Shown here in pieces: positions 61,977-64,000 of a stretch of DNA of 64,000 bases (the stretch's first letter is position 1; every line of letters starts with the position of its first letter). Source of the stretch: the human T2T-CHM13v2.0 reference genome, Homo sapiens. Under the pieces are notes generated by a model. It did no database searches. It was not told the DNA's origin and was given only the letters and a program-made list of their open reading frames with translations. The stretch lies in assembly GCF_009914755.1 (NCBI RefSeq), contig NC_060945.1, one strand, 5' to 3'. The position numbers were made by a program, and so were the translations under genes.

Positions 61977-63199
61977 CCACTTCTGGCCCTATTGATCTAT
62001 AGCAACTTCAGGCTGCCCACCAAATGCAGTGGTAACATTCTTCTATGATTCGTCTACCCTATATTAAATCCTGATTCCTTATCATTCATGGTAAGTCTTC
62101 TTCCCTGGTTGTAACCTATAAAGTTGGGTGCCTGGAATGAAGGTGTTACCACAACAAAAACCCAAGCCCATTGGCTCTGGGACAAGATAGCAAGAAGAAG
62201 ATGAAAAGGACTTGAGAAGACCTTTAAAGCTGGAAGGGGCTTCACGAGACAATGAGGATGCCAAAAATATTGAGGATATTGTTATTGGAAAGTTCAGTCA
62301 CACAGCTCCCTGTTGTAATATGGAAATTAAATAGGATATCTAGCACACTTTTTGATTTAGTTGGAGAGCTTTGCAGACAGAATAAGAAAAATGCCCCCAG
62401 GCTTTTTCTAGCTTCCTGTAATTAAGTACAACATTGGTTGGGGGAGAGAGGCTAGGAAAGAAAGAGAGAAACTGTTCCATTTTAATTTATATTTTAGGAA
62501 TTTAGAAGAAATATAAAGGACCCAGAGATTGTTGGATTTGAAAAGAAAATGTTTATTCATCCCCAGTTATTGCAAGCAAAAATTCTCAAAAAGAAAAGAA
62601 ACAGCTTCAGCAAATATAAAATCCAGCACACTAAAAGAAACTCAGGATAAAAATCACAAGTATGTGGCTGCTATAAATCATTTAGTTGAGACCTCAAAAA
62701 CTGTAAGGATGAAACGGGAGAGTTCCCTGATCCCCCTCACTGGACATGTGACAGGGGTGTGGCTTGCCTGTTCAGTTGAGCTATTTGATTGCAAAACATG
62801 GCCATTCTGTGTGGAGGAGGACCCAGAGGTCAGAATCAATAGCACAGAAGGCAGTAACAAGAAACAAGGGGAATCATTTCCAGGAAGCAGACCTGTTCCC
62901 AACCCTGAATGTCAGAATTACTAATAACCAATAACAGCCGTGCCTCTGTATTCCCTCCACTTGTGAACTGGAGTTTCTACTGCACTTACCTTTCTTCATC
63001 TCACCATTGTGTGGAATTAGAAAAAGTCTTTTTAGTTCACAGCTTATCAGATACAGAGGAACAAGGGCCAATTGGCCAGAACACCTCATCCATACCTGGA
63101 TCTGAATTAGATGATAGCCTCTTGAAACCTGGCCTAAGAATGGTGCTATAATGCAATGAGAATTTCACAAGACTCATGGGAAGGGTTAAATGTATTTTG

Positions 63200-63722
63200 T
63201 GTATGGTCAGAGGGAAGGCAATGGCTCATTAAAGATGACCATAAATTCTTTGACATTCATCTCATGTACTTATGGGGTATACATGCCTTCTCCTTGAACC
63301 TAAATGGGCTCTTTGACTGCTTTGGCAAATAAAACACAGCCAAAATGATGTTATGTCAGTCCCTGGGCCCAGGACTTAAGAGATGAACATTTTCATTTTG
63401 TGTCTTGGAATACTTGCCTTTGTAGTCTTGAGTCTTCACATAAGAAGTACAATTATCTTGCTAGAAGGACCATTTGGAGAAGTTCTAAGACTACATGGAC
63501 AGGGAAAAAGCCCAGATGAGCCCAACCTTCCAACAATTCCTGCTATGGCTAGGCCTGTGAGTGAACCCGTTTTGGATCTCTGAATCAGCTCACCAGCTGA
63601 ATATTACTACATGATGCCCATCAACATCACAGGGAGCAAATCATGAGATATAATTTTTTTTTGTTTGTGTAAATAAATAAGGCTTGGGGTAATTTACTAC
63701 ACTGAAATAGATAACTGAAATT
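63200..63722 (+). mobile_element. Old MLT1-type MaLR LTR
   Basis: AAATTCTTTGACA, CTCCTTGAA..TGGGCT..TGACTGCTTTG and terminal ATAGATAACTGAAA motifs. Confidence 0.6.
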
Positions 63723-64000
63723 ATATCTCAATGTTAGGCATCCCAGGCTTCAGCTGCTGGGACATGGAAAAAAAGCCATCCTTATCATTTTATTATGGCA
63801 AAGGCAAAGCACTTCCCCTTTTCTTGGCCTTCCTGGCAGTGAGTTGGCCTCAAGGTATAGAGCTATTCTTTGCTTCCCATACTGTAAATCTTACCAGCAC
63901 CATTCTTACTGGGTTAGTAAGCTTTTTAAACTTTGGAATCCAATAATTGGAAGCCATTTGTATCTCATACCCAGTTACATCCCCCTCCCAAGCTTTATCA

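Overview
AT-rich, repeat-dense primate genomic DNA, almost certainly human: an AluYa8-type element is present and the proteins match human LIPI and RBM11 (chr21q11.2 locus, recognised from memory). It holds two head-to-head genes. (1) The 5' half of LIPI (lipase I, membrane-associated PA-selective phospholipase A1 beta) is on the minus strand: two alternative first coding exons (29508-29553, 25523-25631) and coding exons at 7741-8126, 4668-4776 and 465-566; the gene continues off the left edge. (2) The complete RBM11 gene (RRM splicing regulator, 5 coding exons, 281 aa, 34895-45999) is on the plus strand from a CpG island. The rest is L1, Alu, MaLR LTR (including a full THE1 provirus with 5-bp TSD), hAT/mariner, MIR and L2 remnants. 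The long ORFs in the track are L1 ORF2 fragments. I found no convincing new biological system. The best leads are a perfect 126-bp in-frame duplication in RBM11 exon 5, a (GGAA)11 microsatellite between the two promoters, an AluYa8/old-Alu chimera without TSD, a candidate divergent exon chain linking the RBM11 CpG island to LIPI, a candidate poison 5' splice site in RBM11, an old direct duplication flanking RBM11 exon 3, and speculative decayed ABCC-like exons near the right end. Repeat subfamily calls and repeat boundaries are by eye and approximate; exon boundaries were checked for GT-AG and phase.
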